From NCBI GenBank assembly GCA_965220165.1, contig CBDCPJ010000054.1, positions 385,708 to 449,707 on the forward strand: a DNA stretch of 64,000 nt. The letters are read 5' to 3'. The translations under genes and the position numbers were made by a program. Origin of the DNA: Spirochaetia bacterium. GTDB taxonomy: Bacteria; Spirochaetota; Spirochaetia; G963692905. Positions 49,359 through 57,802 of this stretch are shown one piece after another (position 1 is the first letter of the stretch; every line of letters begins with the position of its first letter). A model generated the notes under the pieces. The model ran no database searches and was not told the origin of the DNA. It saw only the letters and a program-made list of their open reading frames with translations.

Positions 49359-50729
49359 ATGGCAAATTATTGCGAAATATTCCGTTACTTGCTAGCATTA
49401 GCCGCTATGGCATTGGTAAACTATTGGCGGTGGGCGCGGCTTTCTGCCGAACAGCGGACGCGGCTTCTTCGCCGAGCGCAGGGCGATATCGATTCTATTA
49501 TGTCGGAGGTGGCCGAGATTGTCGCTTCGGTCAAAAATGGGGGCGACCACGCGCTCTGCCGATATATCGCGAAGTTCGACCATATCGAGCTTCGCGGCGG
49601 GGAGCTTCGAGTCGCCGAAGATGAGATAGAGAACGCTGAAACCCTGTTGCCGCAAAGCATTCGCAAGGCGATCGATTTTTCGGTGGAGAACGCGTTTCGT
49701 TTTCACCGTCCGCAAAAACGCGAGAGCGATGCCCAAATGGAAATACGACCAGGCGTATTCGCGCGAGAACGCGTCGATCCCATATCGTCTGTCGGGCTCT
49801 ATGTGCCGAGGGGTCGGGGGAGTTTTCCCTCTATGCTCTATATGATGGCGGTTCCCGCTCGAATAGCCGGGGCGCGTCGCGTCGTTGTAACCACCCCCGC
49901 GCTTCCCGATGGGAGCGTCGATCCCGCATGTCTCTACGCGGCGAAACTCTGCGGGGTCGCGGAGATATACCGGGCGGGCGGCGCGCACGCCATCGCCGCG
50001 CTGGCATATGGAACAGAATCTATCGAGGGTGTCGACGCCATTTTTGGGCCGGGGAGCGCCTGGGTGGCCGCGGCTAAACGCGTCGTGGCATCGGTTGTCA
50101 ATGTGGGGTTGCCGGCCGGCCCCTCCGAAGCGATTATACTCGCCGATCGATCGGCGAACGCGAGAAATGCCGCGCTCGATCTTGCCATTGAGGCGGAGCA
50201 TGGGGTAGATTCGTCGGCGTTGCTGATCACCGATTGCGAATCGATCGCGCTGGCGGTTCAAGGCTATGTCGACGAGGCGATAGAAGCGACACCATCCCCC
50301 CGCGGCGAGATACTTGCGCGGGTATTTGGCGAGGGCGGGTATGGCGGCATTATCCTCTGCGAGGATCAGCGGCAGGCGGTCGATCTTGTCAATCGCTTTG
50401 CCCCCGAGCATCTGCAGATTAGAACGGAGAATCCCGAAAAAACCGCGGAAGAGATTGTCAATAGCGGCGAAATTCTTCTGGGCGATTACGCCCCCTTTAG
50501 TCTGGCAAACTACGCCGTCGGAGCGAATGCGGTGTTGCCCACGGGGGGCGCCGCCAGAAGCTGGTCGGGGCTCTCTGTCCGCGATTTTCAGAAGTCGTCC
50601 GCAATTATTTCCATCAATAGAACGGGCTATCGTTCACTCCGCGATCATGTCATAGCGCTGGCCGATTACGAGGGATTTTTTCGCCACGCCGAAGCGCTGA
50701 GGCAGAGAGACGAAGACCATGGAGTTTAA
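49359..50729 (+). CDS. hisD: Histidinol dehydrogenase
   Basis: 456 aa (alternative ATG at 49410); characteristic GGDHALCRYIAKFD and SVGLYVPRG motifs; about 65% GC. Confidence 0.85.
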   Translation: MANYCEIFRYLLALAAMALVNYWRWARLSAEQRTRLLRRAQGDIDSIMSEVAEIVASVKNGGDHALCRYIAKFDHIELRGGELRVAEDEIENAETLLPQSIRKAIDFSVENAFRFHRPQKRESDAQMEIRPGVFARERVDPISSVGLYVPRGRGSFPSMLYMMAVPARIAGARRVVVTTPALPDGSVDPACLYAAKLCGVAEIYRAGGAHAIAALAYGTESIEGVDAIFGPGSAWVAAAKRVVASVVNVGLPAGPSEAIILADRSANARNAALDLAIEAEHGVDSSALLITDCESIALAVQGYVDEAIEATPSPRGEILARVFGEGGYGGIILCEDQRQAVDLVNRFAPEHLQIRTENPEKTAEEIVNSGEILLGDYAPFSLANYAVGANAVLPTGGAARSWSGLSVRDFQKSSAIISINRTGYRSLRDHVIALADYEGFFRHAEALRQRDEDHGV

Positions 50730-52065
50730 CGCTCCCGAAGATGGGTTCCGATGGTTCGAATCGCTTGTGAATCTGGAGCGCGCTCCATCGCGTCGCAGGT
50801 ATCATCTTCAAAAGATGGAAAAAATGCTCGACGATTTTAACCACCCCGAGCGCGACATCGCTATCATCCATATCGCGGGTTCGAAGGGAAAGGGATCGAC
50901 CGCGTCGTTCCTCGCTTCGGCGATAGCGAGCGGGGGCTATCGAGTCGGGAGGTATCTCTCTCCGCATGTCTCCTCCTATAGAGAGCGTATCGAATGCTTT
51001 CCCGACGCGCTGTCGTCTGACGCTATCGTGGAAACGATGCGGGAGATCTACAGCTATGTCGATCGTCAAGCGCCGCCTTCTAACGAGATGCCCACAACAT
51101 TTGAGCTTCTGACGCTTTTGGCGTTTCTTCTGTTTCGCGCGACGCGGCGCGAGTGGGCGGTGGTGGAGACGGGGCTGGGCGGACGACTCGACGCTACCAA
51201 TGTGGTATTGCCCCGCGCCTCTGTCATTACTCCTATCGAGCTGGAGCACCGAGAGTATTTGGGCGACACGCTGGAGGCGATCGCCACCGAAAAGGCGGGC
51301 ATTATAAAGGAGCGAAGGCCGCTCTTTATAGGATATCAGCAACCGGACGCGATGAGCCCTATTATCAAGCGAGCCAACGCGCTTCGCGCCCCGACCTATC
51401 CGTTGGAGCGTCATCTTAAAGCCATAGAATGGAGGGGCGAACTGCGAGGCGGCAGGCTGGCGTCTTATGCGTCGATAGAATTTCGCGGCGCCGACAAGCC
51501 TATTCAGACGCATTTGCGTCTTGCGGCTCCTGTACAGGCCTATAACGCGGCGCTGGCGTTGTTGATCATAAATACATTGCCCGAATTATCGCGTATAACA
51601 AGCGACCGTGTTATCGACGGAATCAATAATGCCTTTGCTCCGGGGCGATTTGAGCTGTTAGAGCATAGTCCTCCATTTATTATCGACGGCGCCCATACGC
51701 CCGGGTCTATCGAAGCGACCATTGCCGCATATCGCGCCTATATCGATCGATCCGCGTATGGCAATGGCGGACTTATCTTTGGGGCGGCCGCGAAAAAGGA
51801 TATCGCGGCGATGGCGAAATTGACGGCGCCCCATTTCTCATGGATCATCACAACTCGCCCCGATCATGTTCGGGCGGTCGACGCCGAATATCTTGCGAGC
51901 CTCTTTCGCCGATACCATCGCGATGTCGAATCGCGCGACAATATCGGCGACGCGCTTCGTAGAGCCCGCGAACGGGCGGGAAGAAGCAGCCCCATTTTAG
52001 CGACCGGCTCTTTCTATCTTATCGGCGCGTTGCGAAATGAGATTTCTTCCGCCCATAATTTATGA
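50719..52065 (+). CDS. folC: Bifunctional folylpolyglutamate synthase / dihydrofolate synthase
   Basis: 448 aa; Mur-ligase P-loop IAGSKGKGST; 11-nt overlap with hisD. Confidence 0.8.
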   Translation: MEFNAPEDGFRWFESLVNLERAPSRRRYHLQKMEKMLDDFNHPERDIAIIHIAGSKGKGSTASFLASAIASGGYRVGRYLSPHVSSYRERIECFPDALSSDAIVETMREIYSYVDRQAPPSNEMPTTFELLTLLAFLLFRATRREWAVVETGLGGRLDATNVVLPRASVITPIELEHREYLGDTLEAIATEKAGIIKERRPLFIGYQQPDAMSPIIKRANALRAPTYPLERHLKAIEWRGELRGGRLASYASIEFRGADKPIQTHLRLAAPVQAYNAALALLIINTLPELSRITSDRVIDGINNAFAPGRFELLEHSPPFIIDGAHTPGSIEATIAAYRAYIDRSAYGNGGLIFGAAAKKDIAAMAKLTAPHFSWIITTRPDHVRAVDAEYLASLFRRYHRDVESRDNIGDALRRARERAGRSSPILATGSFYLIGALRNEISSAHNL

Positions 52066-52154
52066 GAATTGATAAATAGGCGCTTGACACAATCGCCATT
52101 ATATACGATCTTTGTTATTATCAATAATCATGATCATCAAGGAGCATATTGTTA

Positions 52155-52250
52155 GTGCCGTGTGGACGTAAGCGAAAACGCCAAAAGATATCTACGCATA
52201 AGCGAAAAAAAAAGCTACGCAAGAATCGCCATAAAAAGAAGGGCAAATAG
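52155..52250 (+). CDS. Unannotated 31-aa lysine/arginine-rich ORF resembling ribosomal protein bS22 / DUF1713 family
   Basis: GTG at 52155 lies 10 nt after the AAGGAG at 52139-52144. Peptide: VPCGRKRKRQKISTHKRKKKLRKNRHKKKGK. It is below the 60-aa cut-off of the ORF track. Confidence 0.45.
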   Translation: MPCGRKRKRQKISTHKRKKKLRKNRHKKKGK

Positions 52251-52333
52251 GATAGACGCGCCGATTATGGTGTGTCGGCGCTCTTTCTGTAGACTGCGGC
52301 TGACGCTCTCTTTCTGATCGTTGCATAGATAAT

Positions 52334-53191
52334 ATGGCTCTTATAACATTGCGCGATGGCGCATCTATCGATACCTCTGTCAGAGCTCGCGTAATGGGCG
52401 TGGTTAATGCTACGCCCGACTCCTTTTACGCCCCGAGTCGCGTATCTCGCGATACGTTGGGGCGGGTAGACGCAATGATCGAGGCCGGCGTCGATATTAT
52501 CGATGTGGGGGGCGAGTCGTCGCGTCCGGGGAGCGACTATGTCGAGTCCGAGATTGAAATTGCTCGCGTATTGCCAATTATCGACTACATACGACGACGG
52601 ACCAATATTCCCATTTCGATAGATACCCGCAAAGCGGCTGTCGCTCAGCGGGCGCTTGACTCCGGCGCCGATATTGTCAACGATATCAGCGCGTTGCGCG
52701 ACGATCCCGATCTTGCGCCGCTTGTCGCCCGTAAGAAGGTTCCCGTGGCGCTGACTCATATGCGGGGAACTCCCCTAACGATGCAGAACAATCCTCGGTA
52801 TAACGACGCCGTCGCCGATATCGCAGACGAGCTTGCGCAGTGGGCCAAGCGCGCCGAAACATTTGGGATATCGCCAAATAATATTATTATCGACCCCGGA
52901 ATAGGATTTGGCAAAAGGTTGGTCGACAATGTCGCTATTATCTCTCGTCTATCCCGTTTTCGAGAACTATCCTACCCTCTTATGATTGGGATATCGCGTA
53001 AATCGTTCATTGGAAAACTCCTTGACGACAGACATCCGCGAGATCCGGAAGAGAGACTCGCCGGAACCATCGCGTTGCAAACCATCGCGTTGCTCAATGG
53101 CGCCGATATAATTCGGGCGCACGACGTTGCGGAAGCAATGGACGCGGCGCGTGTCGTCAGCGCGATCGGGCGAATGGAGGCGACCGCATGA
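52334..53191 (+). CDS. folP: Dihydropteroate synthase
   Basis: 285 aa; VMGVVNATPDSFY, DVGGESSRPG, GISRKSF motifs. Confidence 0.88.
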   Translation: MALITLRDGASIDTSVRARVMGVVNATPDSFYAPSRVSRDTLGRVDAMIEAGVDIIDVGGESSRPGSDYVESEIEIARVLPIIDYIRRRTNIPISIDTRKAAVAQRALDSGADIVNDISALRDDPDLAPLVARKKVPVALTHMRGTPLTMQNNPRYNDAVADIADELAQWAKRAETFGISPNNIIIDPGIGFGKRLVDNVAIISRLSRFRELSYPLMIGISRKSFIGKLLDDRHPRDPEERLAGTIALQTIALLNGADIIRAHDVAEAMDAARVVSAIGRMEATA

Positions 53192-53997
53192 TAAATTGGA
53201 CGGCAGATATTCCTTTTCTGCGACAATATATTTTGCCGGTATTGGATATCGCCATTTTGGCTGTTCTTATCTATCAGGGCTATCGCATTCTTGTCCACAC
53301 CCGCGCGGTGCAGTTAATTAAAGGGGCGGTATTCCTTGGGCTTCTCTATGTCGTGGCATTCATCTTCAATCTTAACACGTTGCTATGGATAATGAATCTA
53401 TTGGCTCCCAGTTTGGTTATCGCGCTGGCTATCATATTCCAGCCGGAGCTGCGCAAAATATTTACCCGTATCGGACAGCGGCCCATCCTTGCAAAAACGG
53501 ACAATATACGTCAATACATCGCCAACCTTACCGAAGCGTTGGAACAATTGTCCAAAAAAAAATGGGGGGCGCTCATAGTAATCGTTCGTTATATTGGAAT
53601 CAAAAATATCGCCGAGAAGGCGGCGCGATTAGACGCGGAGATCTCTTCCGCGCTTCTGGTTTCCATTTTTAATCCCACTTCCCCTATCCATGATGGCGCC
53701 GCAATTATTGAAGATGGCCGCATTAGCGTTGCCGGGGCGTTTCTTCCGACGTCTGAACGAGACGATCTTCGCTCTGAGTTTGGCAGTCGTCATAGAGCGG
53801 CGTTGGGTTTAGCCGAAGAGAGCGACTCAGTTATACTTATTGTTTCAGAGGAACGAGGGACAATTTCTATGGGCTACGAAGCCAATATCCACTATGATAT
53901 GCAACCAAAAGAGGTTAGAGATCGTCTAAACGAACTATTGGGACGCGCAAAGAAGTCAACTTCGCGTCGAGGATCGCCGCTTGCAAAAAAACGCTAG
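53188..53997 (+). CDS. cdaA: Diadenylate cyclase CdaA (c-di-AMP synthase)
   Basis: 269 aa; three N-terminal TM segments; DAC-domain motifs HDGAAII, RHRAALGL, SEERG. Confidence 0.85.
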   Translation: MINWTADIPFLRQYILPVLDIAILAVLIYQGYRILVHTRAVQLIKGAVFLGLLYVVAFIFNLNTLLWIMNLLAPSLVIALAIIFQPELRKIFTRIGQRPILAKTDNIRQYIANLTEALEQLSKKKWGALIVIVRYIGIKNIAEKAARLDAEISSALLVSIFNPTSPIHDGAAIIEDGRISVAGAFLPTSERDDLRSEFGSRHRAALGLAEESDSVILIVSEERGTISMGYEANIHYDMQPKEVRDRLNELLGRAKKSTSRRGSPLAKKR

Positions 53998-54937
53998 CCG
54001 CGGCTTTTTGTTCCGAGTCCTGAAAAATTGGCCGGAAAAAACATTATCTCTTGTCGCGGCTATCGGGTTGCTGGTCTTTTACAATATCAGTCGACTAGAG
54101 AGCCGATCTTTCGTTGTGCCGCTGAGAACGATACTATCGAACGAATTTTCGCTGTCGGTCGATCCGCCCGACGAGGCGCGAGTTACGGCGCGGGGGAGCC
54201 CCGAACAGCTGGCCGCGATAGAGGCGGGCGATATATTCGCGGTCGCCGATCTACGCTCTTCAAATAATCCAGGGGAGATAACGCAAACAATAGCGATAGA
54301 GCGAGAACGAGCCGCCGCCAACAACTCGCTGGAAATCGTCGTTGATCCCGTCGAGATAACATTTCATATTGATCGGCGAGTATCCCGATCGATAGAGGTG
54401 GTCGCGCAGTTTATCGGCGCGCCGTCGAGGGGATTTCAACGTATCGGTCATCAAATTTCGCCCCAAAACGTCTCTATAATCGGGCCGCAAACCATTTTAG
54501 AAGCGATACCAATGATTAAGACGGCAAATATCGATCTTACCGACCGCAACAACAGCTTCGACACAACCATTCCGCTCCTCATTCCAAATGATCTCCTGTC
54601 GTTCTCCAATATCGCCAGTGTCGAAGCGCGAATTCTCATTGAAGAGACATCGATATTGACCACATTTACGCCTATCGCAATTACGGCGTTAAATTTGGAC
54701 AATCTATTAATTATCGCCTCGCCGTTGCCAAGCGGGTTAATTCGAGTGCAGGCGTTCAGTAGCACCCTAGACAGAATCGATATCGCGCAGGTGCAGCTCC
54801 TAATCGACGTCGGCGATATCGACGCGGCGGGAAGTTATGAAATCGCCGTGCAACCTCGTGTCCCGTCCGGACTTACCGTAGTTCGATACGAGCCGCGAAC
54901 GGTAGATCTGGAGATTACGACAGTCCAAGATCGGTAG
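53981..54937 (+). CDS. cdaR: CdaA regulatory protein CdaR (YbbR-like repeats)
   Basis: 318 aa; N-terminal anchor plus YbbR-like beta repeats; conserved position immediately after cdaA with overlapping stop/start. Confidence 0.65.
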   Translation: MQKNASRGFLFRVLKNWPEKTLSLVAAIGLLVFYNISRLESRSFVVPLRTILSNEFSLSVDPPDEARVTARGSPEQLAAIEAGDIFAVADLRSSNNPGEITQTIAIERERAAANNSLEIVVDPVEITFHIDRRVSRSIEVVAQFIGAPSRGFQRIGHQISPQNVSIIGPQTILEAIPMIKTANIDLTDRNNSFDTTIPLLIPNDLLSFSNIASVEARILIEETSILTTFTPIAITALNLDNLLIIASPLPSGLIRVQAFSSTLDRIDIAQVQLLIDVGDIDAAGSYEIAVQPRVPSGLTVVRYEPRTVDLEITTVQDR

Positions 54938-54940
54938 TAG

Positions 54941-55315
54941 ATGATATACGGCATAGGAGTCGATATTGTAAAAATCGCTCGATTACAGCGCTGGATAAAG
55001 AACAGACGGTTGCTGGCGCGATTCTTTCATCCCAATGAGGTGCGCGGCGGAACGCTCCGCGCGCGCGACGCCGCCACATATTTCGCATCGCGTATTGCCG
55101 CTAAAGAGGCCTTTGGGAAGGCGCTGGGCACCGGAATGCGTTTTCTCTGTTTACGAGATATCGAAATTCGCTCCACTCAACTGGGCAAACCTATCATTAC
55201 GCTCCATGGCGCGTCGCGATCGAGGGTATCGAGTCGCGACATCGCCGCTATTCACCTTTCGATAAGCCATGAGAGCGATAAAGCAATAGCGATGGTAGTG
55301 TTAGAGACGCCGTAA
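54941..55315 (+). CDS. acpS: Holo-[acyl-carrier-protein] synthase
   Basis: 124 aa; MIYGIGVDIV start and size. Confidence 0.8.
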   Translation: MIYGIGVDIVKIARLQRWIKNRRLLARFFHPNEVRGGTLRARDAATYFASRIAAKEAFGKALGTGMRFLCLRDIEIRSTQLGKPIITLHGASRSRVSSRDIAAIHLSISHESDKAIAMVVLETP

Positions 55316-56169
55316 TGCCAAAAATAAACAGCGCGACATTTTTCTCTAAAGAGAATATACAGTGTCCTGTATGTTCAACAAATTTTAAACGAGAAGAGAT
55401 GCGAGTCGGCCGAGGCCGATTGATCGCAGGACGGCTGACCCCCGAGTTGCGACGTCTCTATGAACCCTCTCCAAAATATGGGCGATTTAATCCACTGATC
55501 TATTCCGCGACAATATGTCCCTCATGCTACTATGCGGCGCTGGCGCCCGATTTTATAAAGGCTTCCCAAAGCGTGATTGAGAAATTACAAAACGCTACCG
55601 ATACTCGACATTCAGAACTGCAAGCAATATTTCCCGACCTTAATTTTCAAAGCAATCGACGATTGAGCGAAGGAATTGCCGCCTATTACGCCGCTATGAG
55701 TTGCTACGAACACTTTAGCGCGCAGCGCTCGATTGCCCATAAGCAGGCTATATGCTCGCTTCGGGCTGCTTGGTTATCGCACGATCTCCATATTGAACAA
55801 CCGGACGAACATTTCGACTCGCTCGCGATTATATTCTATCGAAAGGCGGCATTTCTCTATAAACACTCGATCGAGAACGAACAGAATATCCAAAAAGAGA
55901 TAGGCGGCGAGTTTTCCTATGGCCCCGATATCGACAAGAACTGGGGATTTGACGGAATGGTCTATGTTTCCACCATTCTTAATTATCAATATAATATGCC
56001 AAAGAATCCAATAGAACGATCGGCTGATTTGAGAGTGGCAAAGAAAAATCTCTCTTCCATATTCGGTATGGGACAAGCGAGTCGACTCAAACCGAGCGAA
56101 CTTCTTGAAATGTCAAAAAATCTTTTCAATACGATTTCTGCTGAGATAAAGACCGAATCAGATGCGTAA
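55315..56169 (+). CDS. DUF2225 domain protein (N-terminal zinc-ribbon-like CxxC...CxxC plus helical domain)
   Basis: 284 aa; CPVC...ICPSCYYA pattern. Confidence 0.6.
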   Translation: MPKINSATFFSKENIQCPVCSTNFKREEMRVGRGRLIAGRLTPELRRLYEPSPKYGRFNPLIYSATICPSCYYAALAPDFIKASQSVIEKLQNATDTRHSELQAIFPDLNFQSNRRLSEGIAAYYAAMSCYEHFSAQRSIAHKQAICSLRAAWLSHDLHIEQPDEHFDSLAIIFYRKAAFLYKHSIENEQNIQKEIGGEFSYGPDIDKNWGFDGMVYVSTILNYQYNMPKNPIERSADLRVAKKNLSSIFGMGQASRLKPSELLEMSKNLFNTISAEIKTESDA

Positions 56170-56929
56170 AATTATGATCAAAGTCGCCTACGATGGAACG
56201 AGATTTTGCGGTTGGCAACGACAGACAAATGGAGATACTATTCAGAACACATTGGAAAATGCCCTCGCCGAAATTCAACAAAAACCCGTAACAATCTATG
56301 CCGCCGGACGCACCGATTCAGGGGTGCATGCGACGGGACAGGTGGCGCATTTTTCCTGCCATTGCTATGGGTTGCCTCCCGAACGCTATCGCGAAGCGTG
56401 CAATAGACTGTTGCCCGGCGATATTCGCGTGCTTTTGAGCCGCCAGGTATCCGATCGCTTCCATGCGCGATACGACGCGCTGTCCCGCTCGTATCTCTAT
56501 CGAATTCGTGTCGGTCGATTCATCCCGCCTATGTGGCGATCGCATTGCTCGCTGATACAGCGGCGGCCAGATTTGGCGATGCTCAATCGAATAGCGTCGA
56601 CGCTTGTCGGGGAATGGGATTTTGCTCCCTTCGCCCATGCCGTCGCGCCCGGAAGCAACACTATTCGTTCTGTCTATAGAGCCGCATTCTATCCCAAAGG
56701 AGAATTTATCCTATTCACAATAACGGCAAATGGATTTTTATGGCGCATGGTTCGATCCCTTGTGGGCACGATATTGGAATTGGAGCGCGCGGGAAATGGA
56801 GTGGAAAAAATGAAAGCCATACTGGATAATGGAACCCTTTGCTATGTGGGACCAACCATGGCGTCAAGCGGGCTCGCGCTTGTTAATGTGCGTTATGGGC
56901 GGCTCGATATCGACGGCGCCGCAGGATGA
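56162..56929 (+). CDS. truA: tRNA pseudouridine(38-40) synthase
   Basis: 255 aa; VAYDGTRFCGWQRQ and catalytic GRTDSGVHA motifs. Confidence 0.88.
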   Translation: MRKIMIKVAYDGTRFCGWQRQTNGDTIQNTLENALAEIQQKPVTIYAAGRTDSGVHATGQVAHFSCHCYGLPPERYREACNRLLPGDIRVLLSRQVSDRFHARYDALSRSYLYRIRVGRFIPPMWRSHCSLIQRRPDLAMLNRIASTLVGEWDFAPFAHAVAPGSNTIRSVYRAAFYPKGEFILFTITANGFLWRMVRSLVGTILELERAGNGVEKMKAILDNGTLCYVGPTMASSGLALVNVRYGRLDIDGAAG

Positions 56930-57612
56930 ATCGCGACGCATCGCCTCGAGATCGCTTGCGCGAGCTCCTTGAAGATAGCCTCGATTGCGTCGCTACCGGG
57001 TATCGGCGTCCGCGCGAGGCAATACCGCGTCAAGAAGAAGAACATATCCCCGAAGAACGAGCGCATAGACTAGAACAGTTGGCGGAGACGATACGCGCCT
57101 GCAAAAAATGCCCGCTAAGCGCGGGTCGGCAACAGGCCGTTCCCGGCATCGGCGCGATCGATCCCCTTACGATGGTGATAGGGGAGGCTCCGGGCGCCGA
57201 CGAAGATCGATTGGGCGAACCATTTGTCGGCAAATCAGGAAAATACCTAGACAAATGGCTTCATTCGATAGGACTCTCTCGGCAAAGCAATACCTATATC
57301 GCCAATATCGTTAAATGTCGTCCGCCAAATAATCGAGATCCAGAATCCATAGAAGTTGAGCGATGCGCGCCCTATCTGGACGAACAAATTAAGCTAATTC
57401 GCCCAAAAACAATTCTTCTGCTGGGGTTGGTAGCCGCTCATCGCCTGCTCAATTGCGGCGATCCGCTCAAAGCGCTCCGCTGTCGGGAACATCAATATCA
57501 AGGTATTCCGACGGTAGCAACCTATCACCCAAGCGCGGTGCTTCGCAATCCTCATTGGAGACAGCCGGTATGGGATGATTTGCGGAAACTGCGCGCGATA
57601 ATCGATCGATAA
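56926..57612 (+). CDS. Uracil-DNA glycosylase, family 4
   Basis: 228 aa; 4Fe-4S Cys cluster (CKKCPL...C), GEAPG..ED motif, FVGKSG. Confidence 0.8.
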   Translation: MNRDASPRDRLRELLEDSLDCVATGYRRPREAIPRQEEEHIPEERAHRLEQLAETIRACKKCPLSAGRQQAVPGIGAIDPLTMVIGEAPGADEDRLGEPFVGKSGKYLDKWLHSIGLSRQSNTYIANIVKCRPPNNRDPESIEVERCAPYLDEQIKLIRPKTILLLGLVAAHRLLNCGDPLKALRCREHQYQGIPTVATYHPSAVLRNPHWRQPVWDDLRKLRAIIDR

Positions 57613-57802
57613 CAATCGCCATGCAATCCTCATCGACAGCCCTGTTTCATTTTCGCGAGGCGCGACTATAGATCGTTTCGCCGATATAGCATTTAATCTT
57701 CCTATAGATACCCTCTTCACCTACGCCATTCCGCCGGATAGCAAATGTTTCGTAGGTTCTATAGCGAAGGCGCCGCTTGGCAATCGATCGAAGATAGGCT
57801 AT

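Noticed and set aside
49398-50411. 337-aa minus-strand ORF antisense to hisD, and 50650-51513 (287 aa) antisense to folC
   Set aside because: A GC-rich coding region gives long stop-free antisense frames. The translated sequences are Arg/Pro/Gly-rich nonsense, and the sense-strand genes have unambiguous catalytic motifs.
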